Source: Mobula hypostoma (lineage: Eukaryota). Taken from it: a stretch of 64,000 nt of DNA. The stretch covers positions 101,372,001-101,436,000 of the forward strand of contig NC_086097.1 of the NCBI RefSeq assembly GCF_963921235.1. Direction: 5' to 3'. Made by a program: the position numbers and the translations under genes. This document shows, piece by piece, positions 1 to 15,000 of this stretch. Numbering within the stretch: the first letter of the stretch is position 1; every line of letters begins with the position of its first letter. The notes below the pieces were generated by a model. It did no database searches. It saw nothing but the letters and a program-made list of their open reading frames with translations, and was not told where the DNA came from.

Positions 1-3000
1 GTGCTAGGATATCACCCCAGAATCCAGCTCCTGTCTCATGGTCAGTGTTGGGGACATCACCCCAGAATCCAGCTCCTGCCTCATGGTCAGTGCTGGGATA
101 TCACCCCAGAATCCAGCTCCTGTCTCATGGTCAGTGGTGGGACATCACCCCAGAATCCAGCTCCTGTCTCGTGGTCAGTGCTGGGACATCACCCCAGAAT
201 CCAGCTCCTGCCTCGTGGTCAGTGCTGGGACATCACCCCAGAATCCAGCTCCTACCTCGTGATCAGTGCTGGGACATCACCCCAGAATCCAGCTCCTGCC
301 TCGTGGTCAGTGCTGGGACATCACGCCAGAATCCAGCTCCTGCCTCGTGGTCAGTGATAGGGACATCACCCCAAAATCCAGCTCCTGCCTCGTGGTCAGT
401 GTTGGGACATCACCCCAGAATCCAGCTCCTGCCTCGTGGTCTGTGCTGGGACATCACCCCGGATTCCAGTTCCTGCCTCATGGTCAGTGTTGGGACATCA
501 CCCCAGCATCCAGCTCCTGCCTTGTGGTCAGTGCTGGGACATCACCCCAGAATCCAGCTCCTGTCTCATGGTCAGTGATGGGGACATCACCCAGAATCCA
601 GCTCCAACCTCATGGTCAGTGCTGGGACATCACTCTGGAATCCAGCTCCTGTCTCGTGGTCACTGCTGGGACATCACCCCAGAATCCAGCTCCTGTCTCG
701 AGGTCAGTGTTGGGACATCACCCCAGAATCCAGCTCCTGTCTCGTGGTCAGTGCTGGGACATCACCCCAGAATCCAGCTCCTGCCTCGTGGTCAGTGCTG
801 CGACATCACCCCAGAATCCAGCTCCTGCCTCATGGTCAGCGTTGAGACATCACCCCAGAATCCAGCTCCTGCCTCATGGTCAGTGCTGGGACATCATCCC
901 AGAATCCAGCTCCTGTCTCAAGGTCAATGGTGGGACATCACCCCAGAATCCAGCTCCTGTCTCGAGGTCAGTGGTGGGACATCACCCCACACTCCAGCTC
1001 CTGCCTCGTGGTCAGTGCTGGGACATCACCCTAGAATCCAGCTCCTACCTCATGGTCAGTGCTGGGACATCACCCCAGATTCCAGCTCCTGCCTCGTGGT
1101 CAGTGCTGTGACATCAACCCAGAATCCAGCTCCTGCCTCATGGTCAGTGGTGGGATATCACCCCAGAATCCAGCTCCTGCCTCGTAGTCAGTGATAGGGA
1201 CATCACCCCAGAATCCAGCTCCTGCCTCGTGGTCAGTGATAGGGACATCACCCCAGAATCCAGCTCCTGCCTCGTGGTCAGTGTTGGGACATCACCCCAG
1301 AATCCAGCTCCTGCCTCATGGTCAGTGCTGGGACATCACCCCAGAATCCAGCTCCTGCCTCATGGTCAGTGCTGGGACATCACCCCAGAATCCAGCTCCT
1401 GTCTCGAGGTCAGTGGTGGGACATCACCCCAGAATCCAGCTCCTGTCTCATGGTCAGTTATAGGGACATCACCACAGAATCCAGCTCCTGCCTCGTGATC
1501 AGTGCTAGGGACATCACCCCAGAATCCAGCTCCTGCCTCATGGTCAGTGCTGCGACATCACCCCAGAATCCAGCTCCTGCCTCATGGTCAGTGTTGAGAC
1601 ATCACCACAGAATCCAGCTCCTGCCTCATGGTCAGTGCTGGGATATCACCCCAGAATCCAGCTCCTGTCTCGAGGTCAGTGGTGGGACATCACCCCGGAA
1701 TGCAGCTCCTGCCTCGTGGTCAGTGCTGGGACATCACCCCAGAATCCAGCTCCTGCCTTGTGGTCAGTGTTGAGACATCACCCCAGAATCCAGCTCCTGT
1801 CTCATGGTCAGTGTTCAGACATCACCCCCAAATCCAGCTCCTGTCTCATGGTCAGTGTTGAGACATCACCCCGAAATCCAGCTCCTGTCTCATCGTCAGT
1901 GCTGGGACATCACCCCACAATGCAGCTCCTGCCTCATGGTCAGTGCTACTACATCACCCTAGAATCCAGCTCCTGCCTCATGGTCAGTGATAGGGACATC
2001 ACCCCAGAATCCTGCTCCTGTCTCATGGTCAGTGTTGGGATATCACCCCAGAATCCAGCTACTGCCTCGTGGTCAGTGTTGGGACAGCACCCCAGAATCC
2101 AGCTCCTGCCTCGTGTTCAGTGCTGGGACATCACCCCAGAATCCAGCTCCTGTCTCATGGTCAGTGCTAGGACATCACCCCAGAATGCAGCTCCTGCCTC
2201 GAGGTCAGTGTTGGGGCATCACCCCAGAATCCAGCTTCTGTCTCATGGTCAGTGCTGGGACATCACCCCAGAATCCAGCTACTTTCTCATGGTCAGTGAT
2301 AGGGACATCACCCCAGAATCCAGCTCCTGACTCATGGTCAGTGATAGGGACATCACCCCAGACTCCAGCTCCTGTCTCATGATCAGTGCTGGGACATCAC
2401 CCAGGAATCCAGCTCCTGTCTCATGGTCAGTGCTAGGACATCACCCCGGAATCCAGCTCCTGTCTTGTGGTCAGTGTTGGGACATCACCCCAGAATCCAG
2501 CTCCTGTCTCATGCTCAGTGTTCAGACATCACCCCCAAATCCAGCTCCTGTCTCATGATCAGTGTTGAGACAACACCCCGAAATCCAGCTCCTGTCTCAT
2601 GGTCAGTGCTGGGACAATACCCCAGAATCCAGCTCCTGTCTCATGGTTACTGCTGGGACATCACTCCGGAATCAGTTCCAGCCTCGAGATCAGTGCTGGG
2701 TCCTCACGCCAGAATCCAGCTCCTGTCTCATACTCAGTGCTGGGACATCAACCCAGAATCAAGCTCCTGCCTCATGGTCAGTGCTCGGACATCACCCCAG
2801 AATCCAGCTCCTGTCTCATGGTCGGTGCTGGGACATCACCCCAGCATCCAGCTCCTGCCTCGTAGCCAGTGCTGGGACATCACCCTAGAATCCAGCTCCT
2901 GCCTCATGGTCAGTGCTGGAACATCACCCCAGAATCCAGCTCCTGCCTCATATTCAGTGCTAGGACATCACCCCAGAATCCAGCTCCTGTCTCATGGTCG

Positions 3001-6000
3001 GTGCTGGGACATCACCCCAGAATCCAGCTCCTGTCTCATGGTCAGTGTTGAGACATCACCCCAAAATCCAGCTCCTGTCTCATGGTCAGTGCTGGGACAT
3101 CACCCCAGAATTCAGCTCCTGTCTCAAGGTTAGTGCGAGGACATCACCCCGGAATCAGTTCCCTCCTCGAGATCAGTGCTGGGACATCACCCCAGAATCC
3201 AGCTCCTGTCACATGGTCAGTGCTGGGACATCACCCCAGAATCCAGCTCCTGTCTCATGGTCAGTGCTGGGACATCACCCCAGAATCCAGCTCCTGTCTC
3301 ATGGTCAATGTTAGGGACATCACCCGAGAATCAGCTCCTGCCTCATGGTCAGTGATAGGCACATCACCCCAGAATCCAGCTCCTGTCTCATGGTCTGTGT
3401 TAGGACATCACCCCGAAATCCAGCTCCTGTCTCATCGTCAGTGCTGGGTCATCACCCCAGAATCCAGCTCCTGCCTCATGGTCAGTGATAGGGACATCAC
3501 CCCAGAATCCTGCTCCTGTCTCATGGTCAGTGTTGGGATATCACCCCAGAATCCAGCTCCTGCCTCATGGTCACTGCTGGGACATCACCCGAGAATCCAG
3601 CTCCTGTCTCATGGTCAGTGTTAGGACATGACCCCAGAAACCAGTTCCTGCCTCATGGTCAGTGATAGGGACATCACCCCAGAATCCAGCTCCTGCCTCA
3701 CGGTCAGTGATATGGACATCACCCCAGAATCCAGCTCCTGTCTCATGGTCGGTGCTGCGACATCACCCCAGAATCCAGCTCCTGCCTCGTGGTCAGTGAT
3801 AGGGACATCACCCCAGAATCCAGCTCCTGCCTCGAAATTGGTGCTGCAACATCACCCCAGAATCCAGCTCCTGCCTCATGGTCAGTGCCAGGACATCACC
3901 TCAGAATCCAGCTCCTGCCTCATGGTCAGTGCTGGGACGATACCCCAGAATCCAACTCCTGTCTCATGGTTACTGCTGGGACATCACTCCGGAATCAGTT
4001 CCAGCCTCGTGATCAGTGCTGGGACCTCATGCCAGAATCCAGCTCCTGTCTCATCGTCAGTGCTGGGTCATCACCCCAGAATCCAGCTCCTGCCTCATGG
4101 TCAGTGATAGGGACATCACCCCAGAATCCTGCTCCTGTCTCATGGTCAGTGTTGGGATATCACCCCAGAATCCAGCTCCTGCCTCATGGTCAGTGCTGGG
4201 ACATCACCCGAGAATCCAGCTCCTGTCTCATGGTCAGTGTTAGGACATCACCCCAGAAACCAGTTCCTGCCTCATGGTCAGTGATAGGGACATCACCCCA
4301 GAATCCAGCTCCTGCCTCACGGTCAGTGATAGGGACATCACCCCAGAATCCAACTCCTGTCTCATGGTCGGTGCTGCGACATCACCCCAGAATCCAGCTC
4401 CTGCCTCGTGGTCAGTGATAGGGACATCACCCCAGAATCCAGCTCCTGCCTCGTGATTGGTGCTGCAACATCACCCCAGAATCCAGCTCCTGCCTCATGG
4501 TCAGTGCCAGGACATCACCTCAGAATCCAGCTCCTGCCTCATGGTCAGTGCTGGGACGATACCCCAGAATCCAGCTCCTGTCTCATGGTTACTGCTGGGA
4601 CATCACTCCGGAATCAGTTCCAGCCTCGTGATCAGTGCTGGGACCTCATGCCAGAATCCAGCTCCTGTCTCATGCTCAGTGCTGGGACATCACCCCAGAA
4701 TCCAGCTCCTGCCTTGTGGTCAGTGTTGAGACATCACCCCAGAATCCAGCTCCTGTCTCATGGTCAGTGTTCAGACATCACCCCCAAATCCAGCTCCTGT
4801 CTCATGGTCAGTGTTGAGACATCACCCCGAAATCCAGCTCCTGTCTCATCGTCAGTGCTGGGACATCACCCCAGAATCCAGCTCCTGCCTCATGGTCAGT
4901 GCTCGTACATCACCCTAGAATCCAGCTCCTGCCTCATGGTTAGTGATAGGGACATCACCCCAGAATCCTGCTCCTGTCTCATGGTCAGTGTTGGGATATC
5001 ACCCCAGAATCCAGCTACATGCCTCGTGGTCAGTGTTGGGACAGCACCCCAGAATCCAGCTCCTGCCACGTGTTCAGTGCTGGGACATCACCCCAGAATC
5101 CAGCTCCTGTCTCATGGTCAGTGCTAGAACATCACCCCAGAATGCAGCTCCTGCCTCGAGGTCAGTGTTGGGGCATCACCCCAGAATCCAGCTTCTGTCT
5201 CATGGTCAGTGCTGGGACATCACCCCAGAATCCAGCTCCTTTCTCATGGTCAGTGATAGGGACATCACCCCAGAATCCAGCTCCTGACTCATGGTCAGTG
5301 ATAGGGACATCACCCCAGACTCCAGCTCCTGTCTCATGATCAGTGCTGGGACATCACCCAGGAATCCAGCTCCTGTCTCATGGTCAGTCTTAGGACATCA
5401 CCCCGGAATCCAGCTCCTGTCTTGTGGTCAGTGTTGGGACATCACCACAGAATCCAGCTCCTGTCTCATGCTCAGTGTTCAGACATCACCCCCAAATCCA
5501 GCTCCTGTCTCATGATCAGTGTTGAGACAACACCCCGAAATCCAGCTCCTGTCTCATGGTCAGTGCTGGGACAATACCCCAGAATCCAGCTCCTGTCTCA
5601 TGGTTACTGCTGGGACATCACCCCAGAATCCAGCTCCTGTCTCATGGTCAGTGCTGGGACATCACCCCAGAATCCAGCTCCTGTCTCATGGTCAATGTTA
5701 GGGACATCACCCTAGAATCAGCTCCTGCCTAATGGTCAGTGATAGGCACATCACCCCAGAATCCAGCTCCTGTCTCATGGTCTGTGTTAGGACATCACCC
5801 CGAAATCCAGCTCCTGTCTCATCGTCAGTGCTGGGTCATCACCCCAGAATCCAGCTCCTGCCTCATGGTCAGTGATAGGGACATCACCCCAGAATCCTGC
5901 TCCTGTCTCATGGTCAGTGTTGGGATATCACCCCAGAATCCAGCTCCTGCCTCATGGTCACTGCTGGGACATCACCCGAGAATCCAGCTCCTGTCTCATG

Positions 6001-9000
6001 GTCAGTGTTAGGACATGACCCCAGAAACCAGTTCCAGCCTCATGGTCAGTGATAGGGACATCACCCCAGAATCCAGCTCCTGCCTCACGGTCAGTGATAT
6101 GGACATCACCCCAGAATCCAGCTCCTGTCTCATGGTCGGTGCTGCGACATCACCCCAGAATCCAGCTCCTGCCTCGTGGTCAGTGATAGGGACATCACCT
6201 CAGAATCCAGCTCCTGCCTCATGGTCAGTGCTGGGACGATACCCCAGAATCCAGCTCCTGTCTCATGGTTACTGCTGGGACATCACTCCGGAATCAGTTC
6301 CAGCCTCGTGATCAGTGCTGGGACCTCATGCCAGAATCCAGCTCCTGTCTCATCGTCAGTGCTGGGTCATCACCCCAGAATCCTGCTCCTGTCTCATGGT
6401 CAGTGTTGGGATATCACCCCAGAATCCAGCTCCTGCCTCATGGTCAGTGCTGGGACATCACCCGAGAATCCAGCTCCTGTCTCATGGTCAGTGTTAGGAC
6501 ATCACCCCAGAAACCAGTTCCTGCCTCATGGTCAGTGATAGGGACATCACCCCAGAATCCAGCTCCTGCCTCACGGTCAGTGATAGGGACATCACCCCAG
6601 AATCCAACTCCTGTCTCATGGTCGGTGCTGCGACATCACCCCAGAATCCAGCTCCTGCCTCGTGGTCAGTGATAGGGACATCACCCCAGAATCCAGCTCC
6701 TGCCTCGTGATTGGTGCTGCAACATCACCCCAGAATCCAGCTCCTGCCTAATGGTCAGTGCCAGGACATCACCTCAGAATCCAGCTCCTGCCTCATGGTC
6801 AGTGCTGGGACGATACCCCTGAATCCAGCTCCTGTCTCATGGTTACTGCTGGGACATCACTCCGGAATCAGTTCCAGCCTCGTGATCAGTGCTGGGACCT
6901 CATGCCAGAATCCAGCTCCTGTCTCATGCTCAGTGCTGGGACATCACCCCAGAATCCAGCTCCTGCCTTGTGGTCAGTGTTGAGACAGCACCCCAGAATC
7001 CAGCTCCTGTCTCATGGTCAGTGTTCAGACATCACCCCCAAATCCAGCTCCTGTCTCATGGTCAGTGTTGAGACATCACCCCGAAATCCAGCTCCTGTCT
7101 CATCGTCAGTGCTGGGATATCACCCCAGAATCCAGCTCCTGCCTCATGGTCAGTGCTAGTACATCACCCTAGAATCCAGCTCCTGCCTCATGGTTAGTGA
7201 TAGGGACATCACCCCAGAATCCTGCTCCTGTCTCATGGTCAGTGTTGGGATATCACCCCAGAATCCAGCTACTGCCTCGTGGTCAGTGTTGGGACAGCAC
7301 CCCAGAATCCAGCTCCTGCCTCGTGTTCAGTGCTGGGACATCACCCCAGAATCCAGCTCCTGTCTCATGGTCAGTGCTAGGACATCACCCCAGAATGCAG
7401 CTCCTGCCTCGAGGTCAGTGTTGGGGCATCACCCCAGAATCCAGCTTCTGTCTCATGGTCAGTGCTGGGACATCACCCTAGAATCCAGCTCCTACCTCAT
7501 GGTCAGTGCTGGGACATCACCCCAGATTCCAGCTCCTGCCTCGTGGTCAGTGCTGTGACATCAACCCAGAATCCAGCTCCTGCCTCATGGTCAGTGGTGG
7601 GATATCACCCCAGATTCCAGCTCCTGCCTCGTAGTCAGTGATAGGGACATCACCCCAGAATCCAGCTCCTGCCTCGTGGTCAGTGATAGGGACATCACCC
7701 CAGAATCCAGCTCCTGCCTCGTGGTCAGTGTTGGGACATCACCCCAGAATCCAGCTCCTGCCTCATGGTCAGTGCTGGGACATCACCCCAGAATCCAGCT
7801 CCTGTCTCGAGGTCAGTGGTGGGACATCACCCCAGAATCCAGCTCCTGTCTCATGGTCAGTTATAGGGACATCACCACAGAATCCAGCTCCTGCCTCGTG
7901 ATCAGTGCTAGGGACATCACCCCAGAATCCAGCTCCTGCCTCATGGTCAGTGCTGCGACATCACCCCAGAATCCAGCTCCTGCCTCATGGTCAGTGTTGA
8001 GACACCACCCCAGAATCCAGCTCCTGCCTCATGGTCAGTGCTGGGACATCACCCCAGAATCCAGCTCCTATCTCGAGGTCAGTGGTGGGACATCACCCCG
8101 GAATGCAGCTCCTGCCTCGTGGTCAGTGCTGGGACATCACCCCAGAATCCAGCTCCTGTCTCGAGGTCAGTGGTGGGACATCACCCCGGAATGCAGCTCC
8201 TGCCTCGTGGTCAGTGCTGGGACATCACCCCAGAATCCAGCTCCTGTCTCATGGTCAGTTATAGGGACATCACCACAGAATCCAGCTCCTGCCTCGTGAT
8301 CAGTGCTAGGGACATCACCCCAGAATCCAGCTCCTGCCTCATGGTCAGTGCTGCGACATCACCCCAGAATCCAGCTCCTGCCTCATGGTCAGTGCTGCGA
8401 CATCACCCCAGAATCCAGCTCCTGCCTCATGGTCAGTGCTGGGACATCACCCCAGAATCCAGCTCCTGTCTCGAGGTCAGTGCTGGGACATCACCCCAGA
8501 ATCCAGCTCCTGCCTCATGGTCAGTGCTGGGACATCACCCCAGAATCCAGCTCCTGCCTCATGGTCAGTGTTGAGACATCAACCCGAAATCCAGCTCCTG
8601 TCTCATGGTCAGTGCTGGGACGATACCCCAGAATCCAGCTCCTGTCTCATGGTTACTGCTGGGACATCACTCCGGAATCAGTTCCAGCCTCGTGATCAGT
8701 GCTGGGACCTCATGCCAGAATCCAGCTCCTGTCTCATGCTCAGTGCTGGGACATCACCCCAGAATCCAGCTCCTGCCTTGTGGTCAGTGTTGAGACATCA
8801 CCCCAGAATCCAACTCCTGTCTCATGGTCAGTGTTCAGACATCACCCCCAAATCCAGCTCCTGTCTCATGGTCAGTGTTGAGACATCACCCCGAAATCCA
8901 GCTCCTGTCTCATCGTCAGTGCTGGGACATCACCCCAGAATCCAGCTCCTGCCTCATGGTCAGTGCTAGTACATCACCCTAGAATCCAGCTCCTGCCTCA

Positions 9001-12000
9001 TGGTTAGTGATAGGGACATCACCCCAGAATCCTGCTCCTGTCTCATGGTCAGTGTTGGGATATCACCCCAGAATCCAGCTACTGCCTCGTGGTCAGTGTT
9101 GGGACAGCACCCCAGAATCCAGCTCCTGCCTCGTGTTCAGTGCTGGGACATCACCCCAGAATCCAGCTCCTGTCTCATGGTCAGTGCTAGGACATCACCC
9201 CAGAATGCAGCTCCTGCCTCGAGGTCAGTGTTGGGGCATCACCCCAGAATCCAGCTTCTGTCTCATGGTCAGTGCTGGGACATCACCCTAGAATCCAGCT
9301 CCTACCTCATGGTCAGTGCTGGGACATCACCCCAGATTCCAGCTCCTGCCTCGTAGTCAGTGATAGGGACATCACCCCAGAATCCAACTCCTGTCTCATG
9401 GTCGGTGCTGCGACATCACCCCAGAATCCAGCTCCTGCCTCGTGGTCAGTGATAGGGACATCACCCCAGAATCCAGCTCCTGCCTCGTGATTGGTGCTGC
9501 AACATCACCCCAGAATCCAGCTCCTGCCTAATGGTCAGTGCCAGGACATCACCTCAGAATCCAGCTCCTGCCTCATGGTCAGTGCTGGGACGATACCCCA
9601 GAATCCAGCTCCTGTCTCATGGTTACTGCTGGGACATCACTCCGGAATCAGTTCCAGCCTCGTGATCAGTGCTGGGACCTCATGCCAGAATCCAGCTCCT
9701 GTCTCATGCTCAGTGCTGGGACATCACCCCAGAATCCAGCTCCTGCCTTGTGGTCAGTGTTGAGACATCACCCCAGAATCCAGCTCCTGTCTCATGGTCA
9801 GTGTTCAGACATCACCCCCAAATCCAGCTCCTGTCTCATGGTCAGTGTTGAGACATCACCCCGAAATCCAGCTCCTGTCTCATCGTCAGTGCTGGGACAT
9901 CACCCCAGAATCCAGCTCCTGCCTCATGGTCAGTGCTAGTACATCACCCTAGAATCCAGCTCCTGCCTCATGGTTAGTGATAGGGACATCACCCCAGAAT
10001 CCTGCTCCTGTCTCATGGTCAGTGTTGGGATATCACCCCAGAATCCAGCTACTGCCTCGTGGTCAGTGTTGGGACAGCACCCCAGAATCCAGCTCCTGCC
10101 TCGTGTTCAGTGCTGGGACATCACCCCAGAATCCAGCTCCTGTCTCATGGTCAGTGCTAGGACATCACCCCAGAATGCAGCTCCTGCCTCGAGGTCAGTG
10201 TTGGGGCATCACCCCAGAATCCAGCTTCTGTCTCATGGTCAGTGCTGGGACATCACCCTAGAATCCAGCTCCTACCTCATGGTCAGTGCTGGGACATCAC
10301 CCCAGATTCCAGCTCCTGCCTCGTGGTCAGTGCTGTGACATCAACCCAGAATCCAGCTCCTGCCTCATGGTCAGTGGTGGGATATCACCCCAGATTCCAG
10401 CTCCTGCCTCGTAGTCAGTGATAGGGACATCACCCCAGAATCCAGCTCCTGCCTCGTGGTCAGTGATAGGGACATCACCCCAGAATCCAGCTCCTGCCTC
10501 GTGGTCAGTGTTGGGACATCACCCCAGAATCCAGCTCCTGCCTCATGGTCAGTGCTGGGACATCACCCCAGAATCCAGCTCCTGTCTCGAGGTCAGTGGT
10601 GGGACATCACCCCAGAATCCAGCTCCTGTCTCATGGTCAGTTATAGGGACATCACCACAGAATCCAGCTCCTGCCTCGTGATCAGTGCTAGGGACATCAC
10701 CCCAGAATCCAGCTCCTGCCTCATGGTCAGTGCTGCGACATCACCCCAGAATCCAGCTCCTGCCTCATGGTCAGTGTTGAGACACCACCCCAGAATCCAG
10801 CTCCTGCCTCATGGTCAGTGCTGGGACATCACCCCAGAATCCAGCTCCTATCTCGAGGTCAGTGGTGGGACATCACCCCGGAATGCAGCTCCTGCCTCGT
10901 GGTCAGTGCTGGGACATCACCCCAGAATCCAGCTCCTGTCTCGAGGTCAGTGGTGGGACATCACCCCGGAATGCAGCTCCTGCCTCGTGGTCAGTGCTGG
11001 GACATCACCCCAGAATCCAGCTCCTGTCTCATGGTCAGTTATAGGGACATCACCACAGAATCCAGCTCCTGCCTCGTGATCAGTGCTAGGGACATCACCC
11101 CAGAATCCAGCTCCTGCCTCATGGTCAGTGCTGCGACATCACCCCAGAATCCAGCTCCTGCCTCATGGTCAGTGCTGCGACATCACCCCAGAATCCAGCT
11201 CCTGCCTCATGGTCAGTGCTGGGACATCACCCCAGAATCCAGCTCCTGTCTCGAGGTCAGTGCTGGGACATCACCCCAGAATCCAGCTCCTGCCTCATGG
11301 TCAGTGCTGGGACATCACCCCAGAATCCAGCTCCTGCCTCATGGTCAGTGTTGAGACATCAACCCGAAATCCAGCTCCTGTCTCATGGTCAGTGCTGGGA
11401 CGATACCCCAGAATCCAGCTCCTGTCTCATGGTTACTGCTGGGACATCACTCCGGAATCAGTTCCAGCCTCGTGATCAGTGCTGGGACCTCATGCCAGAA
11501 TCCAGCTCCTGTCTCATGCTCAGTGCTGGGACATCACCCCAGAATCCAGCTCCTGCCTTGTGGTCAGTGTTGAGACATCACCCCAGAATCCAGCTCCTGT
11601 CTCATGGTCAGTGTTCAGACATCACCCCCAAATCCAGCTCCTGTCTCATGGTCAGTGTTGAGACATCACCCCGAAATCCAGCTCCTGTCTCATCGTCAGT
11701 GCTGGGACATCACCCCAGAATCCAGCTCCTGCCTCATGGTCAGTGCTAGTACATCACCCTAGAATCCAGCTCCTGCCTCATGGTTAGTGATAGGGACATC
11801 ACCCCAGAATCCTGCTCCTGTCTCATGGTCAGTGTTGGGATATCACCCCAGAATCCAGCTACTGCCTCGTGGTCAGTGTTGGGACAGCACCCCAGAATCC
11901 AGCTCCTGCCTCGTGTTCAGTGCTGGGACATCACCCCAGAATCCAGCTCCTGTCTCATGGTCAGTGCTAGGACATCACCCCAGAATGCAGCTCCTGCCTC

Positions 12001-15000
12001 GAGGTCAGTGTTGGGGCATCACCCCAGAATCCAGCTTCTGTCTCATGGTCAGTGCTGGGACATCACCCTAGAATCCAGCTCCTACCTCATGGTCAGTGCT
12101 GGGACATCACCCCAGATTCCAGCTCCTGCCTCGTGGTCAGTGCTGTGACATCAACCCAGAATCCAGCTCCTGCCTCATGGTCAGTGGTGGGATATCACCC
12201 CAGAATCCAGCTCCTGCCTCGTAGTCAGTGATAGGGACATCACCCCAGAATCCAGCTCCTGCCTCGTGGTCAGTGATAGGGACATCACCCCAGAATCCAG
12301 CTCCTGCCTCGTGGTCAGTGTTGGGACATCACCCCAGACTCCAGCTCCTGTCTCATGATCAGTGCTGGGACATCACCCAGGAATCCAGCTCCTGTCTCAT
12401 GGTCAGTGCTAGGACATCACCCCGGAATCCAGCTCCTGTCTTGTGGTCAGTGTTGGGACATCACCCCAGAATCCAGCTCCTGTCTCATGCTCAGTGTTCA
12501 GACATCACCCCCAAATCCAGCTCCTGTCTCATGATCAGTGTTGAGACAACACCCCGAAATCCAGCTCCTGTCTCATGGTCAGTGCTGGGACAATACCCCA
12601 GAATCCAGCTCCTGTCTCATGGTTACTGCTGGGACATCACTCCGGAATCAGTTCCAGCCTCGAGATCAGTGCTGGGTCCTCACGCCAGAATCCAGCTCCT
12701 GTCTCATACTCAGTGCTGGGACATCAACCCAGAATCAAGCTCCTGCCTCATGGTCAGTGCTCGGACATCACCCCAGAATCCAGCTCCTGTCTCATGGTCG
12801 GTGCTGGGACATCACCCCAGCATCCAGCTCCTGCCTCGTAGCCAGTGCTGGGACATCACCCTAGAATCCAGCTCCTGCCTCATGGTCAGTGCTGGAACAT
12901 CACCCCAGAATCCAGCTCCTGTCTCATGGTCAATGTTAGGGACATCACCCTAGAATCAGCTCCTGCCTCATGGTCAGTGATAGGCACATCACCCCAGAAT
13001 CCAGCTCCTGTCTCATGGTCTGTGTTAGGACATCACCCCGAAATCCAGCTCCTGTCTCATCGTCAGTGCTGGGTCATCACCCCAGAATCCAGCTCCTGCC
13101 TCATGGTCAGTGATAGGGACATCACCCCAGAATCCTGCTCCTGTCTCATGGTCAGTGTTGGGATATCACCCCAGAATCCAGCTCCTGCCTCATGGTCACT
13201 GCTGGGACATCACCCGAGAATCCAGCTCCTGTCTCATGGTCAGTGTTAGGACATGACCCCAGAAACCAGTTCCTGCCTCATGGTCAGTGATAGGGACATC
13301 ACCCCAGAATCCAGCTCCTGCCTCACGGTCAGTGATATGGACATCACCCCAGAATCCAGCTCCTGTCTCATGGTCGGTGCTGCGACATCACCCCAGAATC
13401 CAGCTCCTGCCTCGTGGTCAGTGATAGGGACATCACCCCAGAATCCAGCTCCTGCCTCACGGTCAGTGATATGGACATCACCCCAGAATCCAGCTACTGT
13501 CTCATGGTCGGTGCTGCGACATCACCCCAGAATCCAGCTCCTGCCTCGTGGTCAGTGATAGGGACATCACCCCAGAATCCAGCTCCTGCATAGAAATTGG
13601 TGCTGCAACATCACCCCAAAATCCAGCTCCTGCCTCATGGTCAGTGCCCGGACATCACCTCAGAATCCAGCTCCTGCCTCATGGTCAGTGCTGGGACGAT
13701 ACCCCAGAATCCAGCTGCTGTCTCATGGTTACTGCTGGGACATCACTCCGGAATCAGTTCCAGCCTCGTGATCAGTGCTGGGACCTCATGCCAGAATCCA
13801 GCTCCTGTCTCATCGTCAGTGCTGGGTCATCACCCCAGAATCCAGCTCCTGCCTCATGGTCAGTGATAGGGACATCACCCCAGAATCCTGCTCCTGTCTC
13901 ATGGTGAGTGTTGGGATATCACCCCAGAATCCAGCTCCTGCCTCATGGTCAGTGCTGGGACATCACCCGAGAATCCAGCTCCTGTCTCATGGTCAGTGTT
14001 AGGACATCACCCCAGAAACCAGTTCCTGCCTCATGGTCAGTGATAGGGACATCACCCCAGAATCCAGCTCCTGCCTCGTGATTGGTGCTGCAACATCACC
14101 CCAGAATCCAGCTCCTGCCTCATGGTCAGTGCCAGGACATCACCTCAGAATCCAGCTCCTGCCTCATGGTCAGTGCTGGGACGATACCCCAGAATCCAGC
14201 TCCTGTCTCATGGTCAGTGTTGAAACATCACCCCAGAATCCAGCTCCTGCCTCATGGTCAGTGCTGGGACATCACCCCAGAATCCAGCTCCTGCCTCATG
14301 GTCAGTGCTGCGACATCACCCCAGAATCCAGCTCCTGCCTCATGGTCAGTGTTGCGACATCACCCCAGAATCCAGCTCCTGCCTCATGGTCAGTGCTGGG
14401 ACATCACCCCAGAATCCAGCTCCTGTCTCGAGGTCAGTGGTGGGACATCACCCCGGAATGCAGCTCCTGCCTCGTGGTCAGTGCTGGGACATCACCCCAG
14501 AATCCAGCTCCTGTCTCGAGGTCAGTGGTGGGACATCACCCCGGAATGCAGCTCCTGCCTCGTGGTCAGTGCTGGGACATCACCCCAGAATCCAGCTCCT
14601 GTCTCATGGTCAGTTATAGGGACATCACCACAGAATCCAGCTCCTGCCTCGTGATCAGTGCTAGGGACATCACCCCAGAATCCAGCTCCTGCCTCATGGT
14701 CAGTGCTGCGACATCACCCCAGAATCCAGCTCCTGCCTCATGGTCAGTGCTGCGACATCACCCCAGAATCCAGCTCCTGCCTCATGGTCAGTGCTGGGAC
14801 ATCACCCCAGAATCCAGCTCCTGTCTCGAGGTCAGTGCTGGGACATCACCCCAGAATCCAGCTCCTGCCTCATGGTCAGTGCTGGGACATCACCCCAGAA
14901 TCCAGCTCCTGCCTCATGGTCAGTGTTGAGACATCAACCCGAAATCCAGCTCCTGTCTCATGGTCAGTGCTGGGACGATACCCCAGAATCCAGCTCCTGT